64,000 nt of DNA from Spirochaetia bacterium (GCA_963666985.2 CAXXIA010000003.1:32001-96000); one strand, 5' to 3'. Positions 50,597 to 60,170 are shown, numbered from the stretch's first letter. Numbers and translations: made by a program. Notes: generated from the sequence alone by a model not told the origin.

Positions 50597-50612
50597 TCAT
50601 AGATAAAATGAA
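50597..50612. promoter_or_regulatory. Candidate LysR-binding site
   Basis: TCAT-N7-ATGA inverted repeat overlapping a T-N11-A in the AT-rich 53-bp divergent spacer. Confidence 0.4.
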
Positions 50613-50636
50613 TTATATTGATGATAGAAATAGACA

Positions 50637-51557
50637 ATGCGAATGTTAAATGACAGCTTTACGGCGAATCTCGAGTACTACAAGGTTTTCTACTATGTGG
50701 CAAAATGCGGGAATATTACCGCTGCAGCAAACGAGCTCTTCCTTACTCAGCCGAGCATTACCAAGGCAATTAAAAATTTGGAACAGCAGCTGGGCTGCAC
50801 CCTTTTTGTCAGAACAAAACGGGGAGTGCTGCTGACTCCCGAGGGAAAAACACTGTGGCGGAAAATCGAGCCGGCCTGCCGGCTTATCATTTCCGCGGAA
50901 AAAGAGCTTGAGGATATTAAGTCCGTAAACGGCGGAAAACTGAGCATTGCATCGACCGAAATGAGCTTCAAAACATATGTGTTACCTGCTCTTGAATCAT
51001 TTCTGAAGGATCATCCGGATATCAAAATCAAGTTTGTTAATGCACTGAATGAACAGATTATCGATATGCTGAAGAAAGGAATGGTTGATCTTGCAATCCT
51101 GCACGAACCCTTTGAACTGGATGAAGAGATGGATACGATTAAAATAGACACGATCGAAGAGTATATGGTTGCGGGCCCCAGATACGCATATCTTTCGGAG
51201 GAAACCAGAGATATTTCGGAGCTCAAGGATTTTTCATTTATTTCCATGCCGGAAGGCTCTTCAACCAAGAATTATCTGAAAGATTATTTCTTTCGGCATA
51301 ATATGAACTTTGAACCGGATATTGAACTCACGACAATTGAATTGGCCGTTCAGGCGGTTGAAAGTAATTTCGGCATCGGTATTCTGCCTGAAAAAGTCAT
51401 AAGAGAAAAAATACAAACAGGGAAACTGTTTGAGGTGAAACTCGCCGATAAATTACCGGAGAGACGGGCCTATCTGATTACCAACAGGAAGCTTTCACCG
51501 TCCATTACAGCCAGGGCATTTATAAAAGAATATTTAGAGCGGGAAGAAATGCTTTGA
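50637..51557 (+). CDS. LysR-family transcriptional regulator
   Basis: FYYVAKCGNITAAANELFLTQPSITKAIKNLEQQLGCTLFVR; divergent from the Mo enzyme gene. Confidence 0.95.
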   Translation: MRMLNDSFTANLEYYKVFYYVAKCGNITAAANELFLTQPSITKAIKNLEQQLGCTLFVRTKRGVLLTPEGKTLWRKIEPACRLIISAEKELEDIKSVNGGKLSIASTEMSFKTYVLPALESFLKDHPDIKIKFVNALNEQIIDMLKKGMVDLAILHEPFELDEEMDTIKIDTIEEYMVAGPRYAYLSEETRDISELKDFSFISMPEGSSTKNYLKDYFFRHNMNFEPDIELTTIELAVQAVESNFGIGILPEKVIREKIQTGKLFEVKLADKLPERRAYLITNRKLSPSITARAFIKEYLEREEML

Positions 51558-51695
51558 ATGCCGGAGGGCTTCACTCATTTTACCCTACCGTCCGCATTAA
51601 AGCCGAATAGCCGGATATCACTGCCTCCCTAGGAGTTCACCCGACGGATTATCACTCCGGTTAAAAACAGAATCCGGCGCCCCGGCCGAAATCCT

Positions 51696-51767
51696 GCCGG
51701 TGATTTGCTCGGGATTCCTCTCTTGAACCATGTTGTCTCTACTCTTAACGGATACTACAGTTTTTTG
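51696..51767 (+). pseudogene. radC: Displaced radC 3' fragment (right att-like copy)
   Basis: Encodes AGDLLGIPLLNHVVSTLNGYYSFL versus RadC AGDLLGIPLLDHVIFTHKGYYSFL (19/24 identical). Confidence 0.8.
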
Positions 51768-51850
51768 GGAAACGACGCGGTGCGGCCGTTTAGCCGTATG
51801 TGTACATTTTTATGCTCGACAATCGCAGAGAAGACAATAATGAAGTTTGG

Positions 51851-53266
51851 TTATTCCTCAACAATCTCGAATTGCCCCATCATTCCATTGTCCTCGTGCT
51901 CAAGAAGATGACAATGATACATATAGACTCCGGGATACGAATGAAAACGGATAATAACGCGAATCTGATCGCCCGGCCAAAGCAGTACGGTATCTTTCCA
52001 TCCGGAAAGTTCCGGCGGCGGAGATTTTCCATTGATATCAAGAATCTGAAACTGAACGGCATGGATATGAAAACTGTGGGGCTGACTCATCATTCCGCTC
52101 ATTCCGCCGCCGCCCATACCGTCAATATTCACAATGTGCCAGATTTCCGTATCGCCAAGCCGAACAACCTCATCGATACGATTCATATTCATCTGCCGCC
52201 CGTTGATGAACATTCTCCCGCCCATACCGAACTGAAGTTCAAACCGCCGTGTTAACCGTGCCTCACTCTCTTGGATTGGCTCAATTGAAGTAAGATATTC
52301 AGGAACGGATAGAAACTCAGCATCTTGATTCCCGATATGGAATTCCATCGCGGTATAGGTATTTCGGCCGTTAGTATCGGCGACAAGCCGAACGGTTTCG
52401 GAATCAGCGCTTGCGAAATCAATAAGAACCTCAGCCCTTTCACCGGGTGAAAGAATAATGGACTCCAACGGTACGGGCCGCTCCAAAAAGCCGCCGTCCG
52501 ATGCAATCTGATAAAGGGAATCAACGCCGTCGAAGCGGATACGAAGTAAGGTCGAATTGGACCCGTTCAGAAGACGGAGCCGAGATAAACCGCGGGGGAC
52601 ATCGGCATAGGGCTCAACGGAACCGTTCACCAGGAGCCGATTGCCGAAATAGCCGTGCATCAAGTCCGGCATCCCCGGACGATAATCAAACCTCCCCTCT
52701 CCGTCGAAACGCCGCTCCTGCAGAATAATGGGAAGATCATCGACTCCATATTCATGCGGAATTTGAAGACGATCGGAAACCTCGTCGTCAATTATCAGCA
52801 TCCCGGCCAATCCTTTATAGACTTGTTCGCCGGTCGTTTTAATAAAATGCGGATGATACCACAGTGTCGCGGCCTGCTGACGGACTCTGAATTGAGCGGT
52901 CCAAGAACGTCGAGGACGAATTCCTTGATGAGGTCCGCCGTCGGATTCCGCCGGAACATCCGCTCCATGCCAATGAACCGTTGTCGGGTTATTCAGGTGA
53001 TTGAAAACCGTAATGGAAATACGATCATTACGCCGAACCCGTATCGTCGGCCCCAGGTAATTCCCGTTATACCCCATGGTAGAGGTTGTTGTTCCATCGA
53101 AAAAATCGGTCTCACCTTTTTGGGCGGTTAGGATGAAATTTTTCGTACCGTCACTTGATGTCCGATACTCAAGCAAGGAAGGAATCGGCAAAGGATTTTT
53201 GGATTCAAGGCTTGATGCCGGATTCATGAAAACGAGGAACAAGATTCCGAGAAGAACGAATCTCAT
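51851..53266 (-). CDS. Multicopper oxidase (CueO/SufI-like)
   Basis: HWHG, WYHPH, HSFHIH, HCHLLEHEDNGMM; Met-rich loop; start uncertain (53266 to 53329). Confidence 0.92.
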   Translation of the reverse strand: MRFVLLGILFLVFMNPASSLESKNPLPIPSLLEYRTSSDGTKNFILTAQKGETDFFDGTTTSTMGYNGNYLGPTIRVRRNDRISITVFNHLNNPTTVHWHGADVPAESDGGPHQGIRPRRSWTAQFRVRQQAATLWYHPHFIKTTGEQVYKGLAGMLIIDDEVSDRLQIPHEYGVDDLPIILQERRFDGEGRFDYRPGMPDLMHGYFGNRLLVNGSVEPYADVPRGLSRLRLLNGSNSTLLRIRFDGVDSLYQIASDGGFLERPVPLESIILSPGERAEVLIDFASADSETVRLVADTNGRNTYTAMEFHIGNQDAEFLSVPEYLTSIEPIQESEARLTRRFELQFGMGGRMFINGRQMNMNRIDEVVRLGDTEIWHIVNIDGMGGGGMSGMMSQPHSFHIHAVQFQILDINGKSPPPELSGWKDTVLLWPGDQIRVIIRFHSYPGVYMYHCHLLEHEDNGMMGQFEIVEE

Positions 53267-53394
53267 CCGATCATGATTCTCTAAGAATCGGATTCCACTC
53301 ATTGAGTTATGGCCCTTCATAATTTTCAATTATAAGAGTCTGAGCGGAATATTTAAAATTTAACCATCACCGAATTCCCGTGAACGGTATGAAC

Positions 53395-54453
53395 CTACCA
53401 GCGGTTGAACACGTCTTCGGCGAATCCCGGAAGGCCGTTCAGTTCCAGATTCGTACCGTCGTCCAGCAACGCCGTACCGGAGAAGCGCCCGAAAACCTGA
53501 TGCTGCACCGATTTAATCAGCAAAAAATCGGTTTTCGAGAACCGATCGACTGCGGGCGTGAAACAGAGATTCAGCCTGCCGTCTTCATCACGAATCTCCC
53601 ACGGAACAAGGTAATTCGCCTCGTCATAGAAAAACTTCACATCGCCGAGTTTATGGGCAACGCCCTTGTAAAAAAGGACGTTTTCACTTGCCGGGCTTCG
53701 GTCCGAAAAACCGTATCCGAGATTGAAGCCGAAATCATTTCCGCCGATTATTCCGTTCGCCGAACTCCAAAACCAGCGGTTTCTATACGTCCATGCGCCC
53801 CGTCCCCAATCCAGACCGCCGAACGCCGTTTCCGGCCGGAATACATACTCGCTGTTTCCGGCCTTCACCGTGCCCGAGACCCTCATGCAGTTAATCTTCC
53901 GGTTGTAGTAAAACCGGCGGCGATTCTCGGCCCAGGAGGTGGCGATGTTTATGCTTTCCAGCTTCTTCGGCTGCTCCAGTATTATCTCGCCTTTCACACC
54001 GGAGCCGCCGGTTCCGATATCGAGGGACGGGGCGCTGAAGATCAGTCGACGATGAGCGCCGGCCGTTTCGAAGCGCAGGCTGAGATTTTCGCTTTCGTAC
54101 GAGAGAACGCCCGACTCCGAAACATCGGCATCGGAAGGATTCACCGCCGTAACCCGTCCGCGGGTCAGCGGTGCAAGAGCATCTGCCTGTGAAGTCCTCC
54201 CCGCCTCTAAATCGATCCAGCAGAGCGCCATTAATCCGGCATACCCCAAATCACTGATGGTGAAGGAAATGCCTTTCTTCAAATCGTCGGAGAGGACATA
54301 GTAGTAATCCCACTCTTTGATACGCCACCAGGGTGCTTTAACATCGCCTCGGCGATACTCCCAATAGGGATGACGAGCCCAGCCTTCTTCCGTAATCCGG
54401 CCCCCGCCGTCAAGAAGAGGAAAAGATTGAGTAATCTCATTTTGCCGATTCAT
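53395..54453 (-). CDS. DUF2804-family protein
   Basis: GWAR, RIKEWDYY, FYYNRKIN, LDWGRG.W, GFNLGYGF, QHQVFGRFSG, GFAEDVFNRW; ATG at 54453 after GGAGG. Confidence 0.78.
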   Translation of the reverse strand: MNRQNEITQSFPLLDGGGRITEEGWARHPYWEYRRGDVKAPWWRIKEWDYYYVLSDDLKKGISFTISDLGYAGLMALCWIDLEAGRTSQADALAPLTRGRVTAVNPSDADVSESGVLSYESENLSLRFETAGAHRRLIFSAPSLDIGTGGSGVKGEIILEQPKKLESINIATSWAENRRRFYYNRKINCMRVSGTVKAGNSEYVFRPETAFGGLDWGRGAWTYRNRWFWSSANGIIGGNDFGFNLGYGFSDRSPASENVLFYKGVAHKLGDVKFFYDEANYLVPWEIRDEDGRLNLCFTPAVDRFSKTDFLLIKSVQHQVFGRFSGTALLDDGTNLELNGLPGFAEDVFNRW

Positions 54454-54558
54454 TGATATCCTCCGCATCAGAAAGTTATGTAACGGAGCGGAGGCAAGCC
54501 GGAGGGGGCACCGAACCGTGGAACGGCTCCCGTCTCTTACAAAACCGCCGCAGCTCTA

Positions 54559-54669
54559 TAAGGCGATTTCAAAAATCAGCGATTTTTGAAATGGAACCCT
54601 TCTATTTTGATGTAGAAGGGATTTCGGCCATCGGTTCCAAGCAATTTCATAGATTATGAAATTACCTCA
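54559..54669 (+). repeat. Three-hairpin intergenic repeat, copy D (complete, flanked by TA on both sides)
   Basis: TAAGGCGATTTCAAAAATCAGCGATTTTTGAAAT...GCAATTTCATAGATTATGAAATTACCTCA. Confidence 0.85.
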
Positions 54670-54680
54670 TATAATACACG

Positions 54681-54713
54681 AAAAAAGGGCCGCTCCCGGT
54701 GGAAACGGCCCTT
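54681..54713 (-). terminator. Rho-independent terminator of the envelope operon
   Basis: AAGGGCCG...CGGCCCTT stem running into a T6 tract on the minus strand, about 20 bp after the lipoprotein stop. Confidence 0.75.
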
Positions 54714-54733
54714 GTAACTGCAGAAAAAAGTCG

Positions 54734-55456
54734 TTATTTCAGAATGATACGGTAGGTGTAATACTGGGTGGTACCGGATGTTGCGTAATAATTGAACGCA
54801 ACGCCTTCGGCATCATCGGAAAGATCCGTACCGCTGCCGCTGTAGGTTCCGCCTCCGATGGTCTCATACGCGGGAGTTCCGGCAGAGACCGTCGGATTTC
54901 CACCGAAAGTCACTCCAAAGCTAACCATTGTACCGCCGGTCGGCCTATCGTAATCGATAATCACCGTGTTCTCGGCGAATTCGAGAGTTTGAATCTCCTC
55001 CGGAGGATCCTGGAAATCAAAAACATCCCCGTCGATTCCTTCAATTTCACAAGTTTCGATTCCCGGCGCCACTTCTATGGAAAGGGTATTAAGTCCCCTC
55101 TTTACCGTATATTCCTTAATGGCAAGCCCAACGTTGTCCCCTGATGAATCCTGTAAAACAACTCCGAAAACATAATCGCCCACGGGAAGATTGGCGATAA
55201 CAACCTGGCCGTCGATAAAGGCTTCGAGAGCTTCACCCTCGAACAGATTCAGCGAATAGACCTTGTCTTTTTTTAAGACGATGACATAACCTTCCGCTCC
55301 GTCTTCTTCGGCGTCCGGAGAAACGAACAGTCCCTCACTCGACGATTGCGGGAGAGAAATCCGCACCGTGGTTTCCCCGCCGACAACACCGGAACAGGCA
55401 CTTAGGAGAATTACGGCCGCCATGGCCGCTAAAACAATCAAAAGCTTCTTCATCAT
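54734..55456 (-). CDS. Hypothetical beta-rich lipoprotein
   Basis: MMKKLL...LLSAC lipobox; acidic, beta-strand-like pattern; GGAGG RBS. Confidence 0.8.
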   Translation of the reverse strand: MMKKLLIVLAAMAAVILLSACSGVVGGETTVRISLPQSSSEGLFVSPDAEEDGAEGYVIVLKKDKVYSLNLFEGEALEAFIDGQVVIANLPVGDYVFGVVLQDSSGDNVGLAIKEYTVKRGLNTLSIEVAPGIETCEIEGIDGDVFDFQDPPEEIQTLEFAENTVIIDYDRPTGGTMVSFGVTFGGNPTVSAGTPAYETIGGGTYSGSGTDLSDDAEGVAFNYYATSGTTQYYTYRIILK

Positions 55457-55462
55457 TCCCTC

Positions 55463-56125
55463 CTACTGCAGTTCAATCCGAACCGATCCGACGCGGGACG
55501 ATGATGAACGGCGGCGATAACGGTCGTCTCCGATCGTTCCGGCCTCCGGAGAAACACCCCAGATTTCATCGAACGTTTCCATGGGATTAAGAGGAGGAAG
55601 CCCCGGAACCGACCAGGAATAGGTACCGCCGGGACTCAGAACGACGGCCTGACCTTCGGTGAAGCTGACCAAACCTTCGAGAGTCTCCAGCTTATCGTGA
55701 CTGACATAAAAGTCCGTTCCGCGTACGGCGGCGGTGGCCACCGGCGTACTGACCCGAAAATCAATCTGCCTTTGGGTGCTTCGCGTAGCCCTGGTAACCG
55801 GGGGTTTCGTGGCCCGAACCCGGCCGGTCTGCAGCGATACGGCCGTTCGATCGGTATCGCCGTCGGTAACCAGACTGTCGATAACAACGCGTGTAAGGGG
55901 CTGAAGATTCAATTCCATGCCGCCGGCCGAAAGGCGGGCCCGAGAACCGAAACCCGTGGAAATCATGGAAGCCGAGGAGATTTTCTGTCCTACGGCGGCG
56001 GGAACCCAATCCCGACCGGGCTCTTTAATTTCAACATTTCCGGAGAGACTTAAAACCGTCACCTCCGCGGCGCCTATGGAAAAAGCTAGAGACGCCAATA
56101 AAACAATTAGTGCAATTTTCTTCAT
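55463..56125 (-). CDS. Secreted FecR-domain protein
   Basis: Signal peptide; V..LSGNVEI, ISTGFGSRA, L..GRV, FRVSTPVATAAVRGTDF. Confidence 0.8.
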   Translation of the reverse strand: MKKIALIVLLASLAFSIGAAEVTVLSLSGNVEIKEPGRDWVPAAVGQKISSASMISTGFGSRARLSAGGMELNLQPLTRVVIDSLVTDGDTDRTAVSLQTGRVRATKPPVTRATRSTQRQIDFRVSTPVATAAVRGTDFYVSHDKLETLEGLVSFTEGQAVVLSPGGTYSWSVPGLPPLNPMETFDEIWGVSPEAGTIGDDRYRRRSSSSRVGSVRIELQ

Positions 56126-56134
56126 ACACTCCTC

Positions 56135-57442
56135 CTAGAAGCTCCAGGACCAGTCGAATCCCAGCCGAAACAGCATGGGAACTTTGTCGAACCAGTACTC
56201 CTGAAGCAGTGAATCCATTTCGATCGGGTCGCCGGCATACACAACGCCGAGCTTCAAATCCCAGCCGAAATCGGATTTCGGTCTCCAGAACCAGCTCATC
56301 AACAATTCCTGAGCAAGAAAGGTTCCGGAACCTGACGTTTGGGAAACCAGTGATGAAGAAACCGGACCATCGACGTTCCGTAGGAATGTTGTGGATCGCA
56401 GCTCCCAGGAATGCGTCAATTGGGGACGACGAGCATAAAACACAGCCACGGATGTTATGTTTCCCGGTTCAAATTCTATCACATATCCGCGGGTTAACAC
56501 GACCGAAACAGGAAGATATTGATAAAGAGAGGATCCGGAAGCGTTTCCAAGGGTATATCCGCCCCTATCCCAGCCGTCGCCCGTAGAGGCAATCACCTCA
56601 ACTCCCAAGCGGTTCGCGTTTCCCGGAATCCAGGAAAAGCCGAGACGCCCCAGTCCCGCCGTTACGGACGCATCACCGTAAACTCCGAACTGTCCGACAA
56701 AAGCCGCTTCATAAATAAAAGATCCCGCCAAAGAACCGTCCGCCGTGAGTTCCAGATAAACAGGATGAAATTGCTCGTTTCCGTTCTCCGCGAGCTGATC
56801 CTCTCCGGTGAAATCCTGAAGCGCCAGAAGGTAGGCGGATAAATTCACACTCTCGGTTAGGGCGGGAAGAGACCATTGGACGTACTCGATAAGACGCGGT
56901 GTTGAAAGAAGAGAATCCCGGCCGGTGTCCGTTGCCGTTAGATAAAATTCGGCGGAATCGCCGAAGGTCAGTCCGGTATAGCCCACGCCGGCACTCAGGT
57001 AACTTCTCCCCAAATTTACAGCGAAGTCAACACCGTCGAAGGGAGCGTCAATAATAAGACCCGAAGGATCCGAAACGATCTGACGTCCGGCCTTGTATCC
57101 GTATAACCCCGAATTCCCGTAGAAATTCAGTTTATCCAGAATGGGATAAAGCGTGTAGGAATAGCCGAGGAAGGATACGTTTATACCGGTATCCACACCG
57201 AAATCGAACGATCCGTCGAGTCCCACTCCGGCATCGATTTCCATATTGGCGGCTTGACTCCAGCTTCCCTTATACCATGCTCCGGCACTCGCGGTGGTAA
57301 CCACACCGGCCGATGATGCGTGAACTTCGGGAAAATCAAAACCGAGATTCGTCCGAATGCCCCACATCTGATCGAAAGCGCTCAAGGAAACGGCCGGAAT
57401 CAGGAACACAAGAAGCGCCGCGGCAGCGAATTGTTTTTTCAC
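56135..57442 (-). CDS. Putative outer-membrane beta-barrel protein
   Basis: Signal peptide; alternating aromatic/Gly strands; C-terminal FRLGFDWSWSF resembling a BAM beta-signal; GTG start overlaps the upstream stop. Confidence 0.7.
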   Translation of the reverse strand: MKKQFAAAALLVFLIPAVSLSAFDQMWGIRTNLGFDFPEVHASSAGVVTTASAGAWYKGSWSQAANMEIDAGVGLDGSFDFGVDTGINVSFLGYSYTLYPILDKLNFYGNSGLYGYKAGRQIVSDPSGLIIDAPFDGVDFAVNLGRSYLSAGVGYTGLTFGDSAEFYLTATDTGRDSLLSTPRLIEYVQWSLPALTESVNLSAYLLALQDFTGEDQLAENGNEQFHPVYLELTADGSLAGSFIYEAAFVGQFGVYGDASVTAGLGRLGFSWIPGNANRLGVEVIASTGDGWDRGGYTLGNASGSSLYQYLPVSVVLTRGYVIEFEPGNITSVAVFYARRPQLTHSWELRSTTFLRNVDGPVSSSLVSQTSGSGTFLAQELLMSWFWRPKSDFGWDLKLGVVYAGDPIEMDSLLQEYWFDKVPMLFRLGFDWSWSF

Positions 57443-57900
57443 AGCGTGCCTCCTTCAAGGGCGTCCGTAACATAGGTAATTCCCGTAAGGACTTCGTAGG
57501 GCGCCATGGCTCTGGTGTAGTAAAGTCTTGAGGGCTCTACGTATCCCAGATACCCCGCTTCCATTGCCGCATATCTGGGGGTTCCGAGGGCGTTGTACAT
57601 CAGTCCTCCCTTTATATCGAAGGCCTTGAAAAGAGCGAGATAAAAAAGTCCCAAGCTGATCGGATCCTCCGGGGTAAGATTCTTTAAATACTTTCCGAAA
57701 TTCTGCTCGGCTCCCCAAAAGAAACCGTCTTGAGGAACGGCTTCAAGCGGTAATTCACCCGAGGCTTGGGCAATGAGCAGCAAAGAGGTGGCGACATCGG
57801 CCTCTTCAACTTCCAGAAATCGATCCAGAAGATCATTGGATTGTCCCCACAAAGCGGTTGAAATGATAACAAAAATCGCCGCAAATACGACTTTTCTCAT
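57439..57900 (-). CDS. Hypothetical exported alpha-helical protein
   Basis: MRKVVFAAIFVIISTALWG signal peptide, ATG at 57900 after AAGGGG; first gene of a coupled four-gene operon. Confidence 0.75.
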   Translation of the reverse strand: MRKVVFAAIFVIISTALWGQSNDLLDRFLEVEEADVATSLLLIAQASGELPLEAVPQDGFFWGAEQNFGKYLKNLTPEDPISLGLFYLALFKAFDIKGGLMYNALGTPRYAAMEAGYLGYVEPSRLYYTRAMAPYEVLTGITYVTDALEGGTL

Positions 57901-58053
57901 AATATTCCCCTTTCTTCCTACATAGTATCCGAAAAAGAGGACTATAACACGATTCATAGAACCCGAGGAACTCTCTTCATGGAATCCTTACATACGTATT
58001 TCATAAGTCATACGCGCTGGCTTAATCCGGCGAGGTTCGACTATCCTGAAGTT

Positions 58054-58548
58054 ATGAAAAACAGTATGACATGGGAAAGGACCTTCGTTCTGCTTAAACC
58101 CGATGCCGTTCGGCGTACCTTAGTGGGTGAAATCATTTCCCGATTCGAAAGGGCGGGACTCACGTGTACGGCATTAAAAATGACCTTGGCCAATCGGGAG
58201 CTGGCGGAATCCCACTATAAGGCTCATCAAGGGAAGCCGTTCTTCCCTCCATTGGTGGATCTTCTCTGCTCCGGACCTTGTGTGGCCATGTCCTGGGAAG
58301 GCGCTCACGCTGTTTCGGTGGTTCGGAAAATCGTCGGAGCCACGGAGCCGAAGGAAGCCTCTCCGGGAACCATTCGGGGCGACTTCTGCCATATGAGCTA
58401 CGAACGCAGCCGGGAGCGGCTCGGGGTTATCCCCAATCTGGTTCATGCCTCGGACTCATCCGAAAGCGCCGAAGAAGAACTGGGCCTTTGGTTTCCCGAT
58501 GGGAATTTCGCCTGTTCTTATCAGCGGGCCGATGCGGAGTTTCTCTAA
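58054..58548 (+). CDS. ndk: Nucleoside diphosphate kinase
   Basis: ERTFVLLKPDAV, HY..H.GKPFF, GATEP.EA.PGTIRGDF, NLVHASDS; start 58054 or 58066. Confidence 0.95.
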   Translation: MKNSMTWERTFVLLKPDAVRRTLVGEIISRFERAGLTCTALKMTLANRELAESHYKAHQGKPFFPPLVDLLCSGPCVAMSWEGAHAVSVVRKIVGATEPKEASPGTIRGDFCHMSYERSRERLGVIPNLVHASDSSESAEEELGLWFPDGNFACSYQRADAEFL

Positions 58549-58604
58549 TCCGAAGGGATGCGCCGGTGCGGCCGCTCTTAAGCGGGATGCCCCGGAACGC
58601 CCGA

Positions 58605-59405
58605 TTAGCCCATCCCAAGCTCCCGAAGGGTTTTCACCGTCTGGGCCAGACCGGGGAGCTTGGGAGCCAGTTCATAAGCCTTGAAAACCTCATCGGCGGC
58701 GGCTTGATGACGGCCGGCGGCCGCAAGCAGCTCGGAAAGGAGTTTTCGAAGCCGCGCTTCCTCCTTCGGCGGATAGGAGAGCTTCACCAGATCATAAAGA
58801 AACGCCATCCGCAAACGGTTGTCATCGTTGTCGGGAAGTGATTTCTGTACAATGGAAGCCAACCGCTGTAAGACTTCGATATAAAAATGTTTGAAATAGG
58901 GATGTTCCTCTTCAAGTTCGGCAACACCCCTAAGCAGCCGGTAAGCCTTAACCACGGCGTCGCGCTCCAGGTACGCTTCGGCCAAAAGGAAGGCGTAGTC
59001 CATGAAATCCTCGCGCTCCAGATATTGCCGAAGAGAAAAGAATCCGCCCGATTGGGCCTCGTCGTAAAGATCGACGGCTTCCGAATCCCTGTCGTGAAGT
59101 AAATCGTAACAGACGAGTTTGGCCAGACTCTCCGGATCGTCCTTCCGTCCGTGGAGAAAATCCCGGTAATCCCATTCCACCGTTGTTGCGGATTTTCGGG
59201 CCGCCTTCCTGGTGATATCGTAGGCTTCCCGAGTGGAGGTATCCGAAAGGACTTCGTAGGCTTCTTTAAGGGCCAGGAACCTGGCGGTTCCTTCATCTCC
59301 CACCAAATCGGGATGAACTTCTTTTGCCTTGGCCCTGTAGGCCCGCCGAATCTCGTTAATCCCGCACTCAGGTTTGAGTCCCAGGATCATGTAATAATCT
59401 TTCAT
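58605..59405 (-). CDS. J-domain (DnaJ class III) protein with helical C-terminus
   Basis: DYYMILGL, IRRAYR..AKEVHPD, EAYEVLSD...R..YD. Confidence 0.88.
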   Translation of the reverse strand: MKDYYMILGLKPECGINEIRRAYRAKAKEVHPDLVGDEGTARFLALKEAYEVLSDTSTREAYDITRKAARKSATTVEWDYRDFLHGRKDDPESLAKLVCYDLLHDRDSEAVDLYDEAQSGGFFSLRQYLEREDFMDYAFLLAEAYLERDAVVKAYRLLRGVAELEEEHPYFKHFYIEVLQRLASIVQKSLPDNDDNRLRMAFLYDLVKLSYPPKEEARLRKLLSELLAAAGRHQAAADEVFKAYELAPKLPGLAQTVKTLRELGMG

Positions 59406-59501
59406 TCCGGACTACCGCTCCATGAAGCAGATATTATAGTCGGACAGAGGAAAATCCGGCAGACTGTTGTTCTTTGGAAATTCCGGATGGAACCCGAGCC
59501 G

Positions 59502-60170
59502 CTAAAGATTGCCGCTCCGGTTCATTTCCAGTCTCTCGCCCGTTCGGGCATAATAAATCCATTCACACATATTGGTCACCCGATCCCCAAGGCGTTCCAT
59601 GAATCTGTTGAGAAATAAAAGGGACACGATATCTTCGGGGTTGTACTCTCCGCCGTTTTTCAATGCCGTTAAGGCCAGATTGTAGAAATCGTCATGGATT
59701 CGATCGATTTCCGAATCCATCGCCGCCACATCCAGGGCGCTCTTGGAATCGTGTTCGGTGAAGGCTTCCAAAGCCTCCTTCATCATCACAAGAACGCGCG
59801 CCAGCATCGCGTCAAAATACGGTAGCGCCAGAACCAGTTCGGATGTTCCTATTCGGCCGGTCCGCTTCGCCAGGCTTCTGGCATGATCCCCCATGCGCTC
59901 GAGTTCCGAGGAAAGTTTGAGAACGGTAAGAACGTCCCTCAAATCACTTGCCATGGGCTGCTCACGGGCGATAATCATGGCACAGACCCGTTCAATTTCT
60001 TCTTCCATGGCGTCAATGGCCGAATCGGATTCGATTATTTTCTCCGCCGAATCGATATCGTTCGATTTTACCGCGGTCATGGCGCCGGAAAGAGAGCGCT
60101 CCACGAGAAGACCCATTTTGAGAATCTCATCATGCAGAACATGTAATTCGCGTTCGTATCGCTCTCTCAT
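59502..60170 (-). CDS. phoU: Phosphate signalling protein PhoU
   Basis: IAREQPMASDLR, ELERMGDHA, ERLGDRVTNMCEW; follows pstB. Confidence 0.95.
   Translation of the reverse strand: MRERYERELHVLHDEILKMGLLVERSLSGAMTAVKSNDIDSAEKIIESDSAIDAMEEEIERVCAMIIAREQPMASDLRDVLTVLKLSSELERMGDHARSLAKRTGRIGTSELVLALPYFDAMLARVLVMMKEALEAFTEHDSKSALDVAAMDSEIDRIHDDFYNLALTALKNGGEYNPEDIVSLLFLNRFMERLGDRVTNMCEWIYYARTGERLEMNRSGNL

Larger units (their letters stand above)
48241..51767. mobile_element. Relic genomic island integrated at the radC 3' end
   Basis: Bounded by two versions of the radC 3' end; cargo looks more AT-rich by eye; no recombinase inside. Confidence 0.6.

Noticed and set aside
51705..51911. 68-aa ORF as an independent gene
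   Set aside because: Its first part is the displaced radC tail and the rest overlaps the oxidase gene antisense
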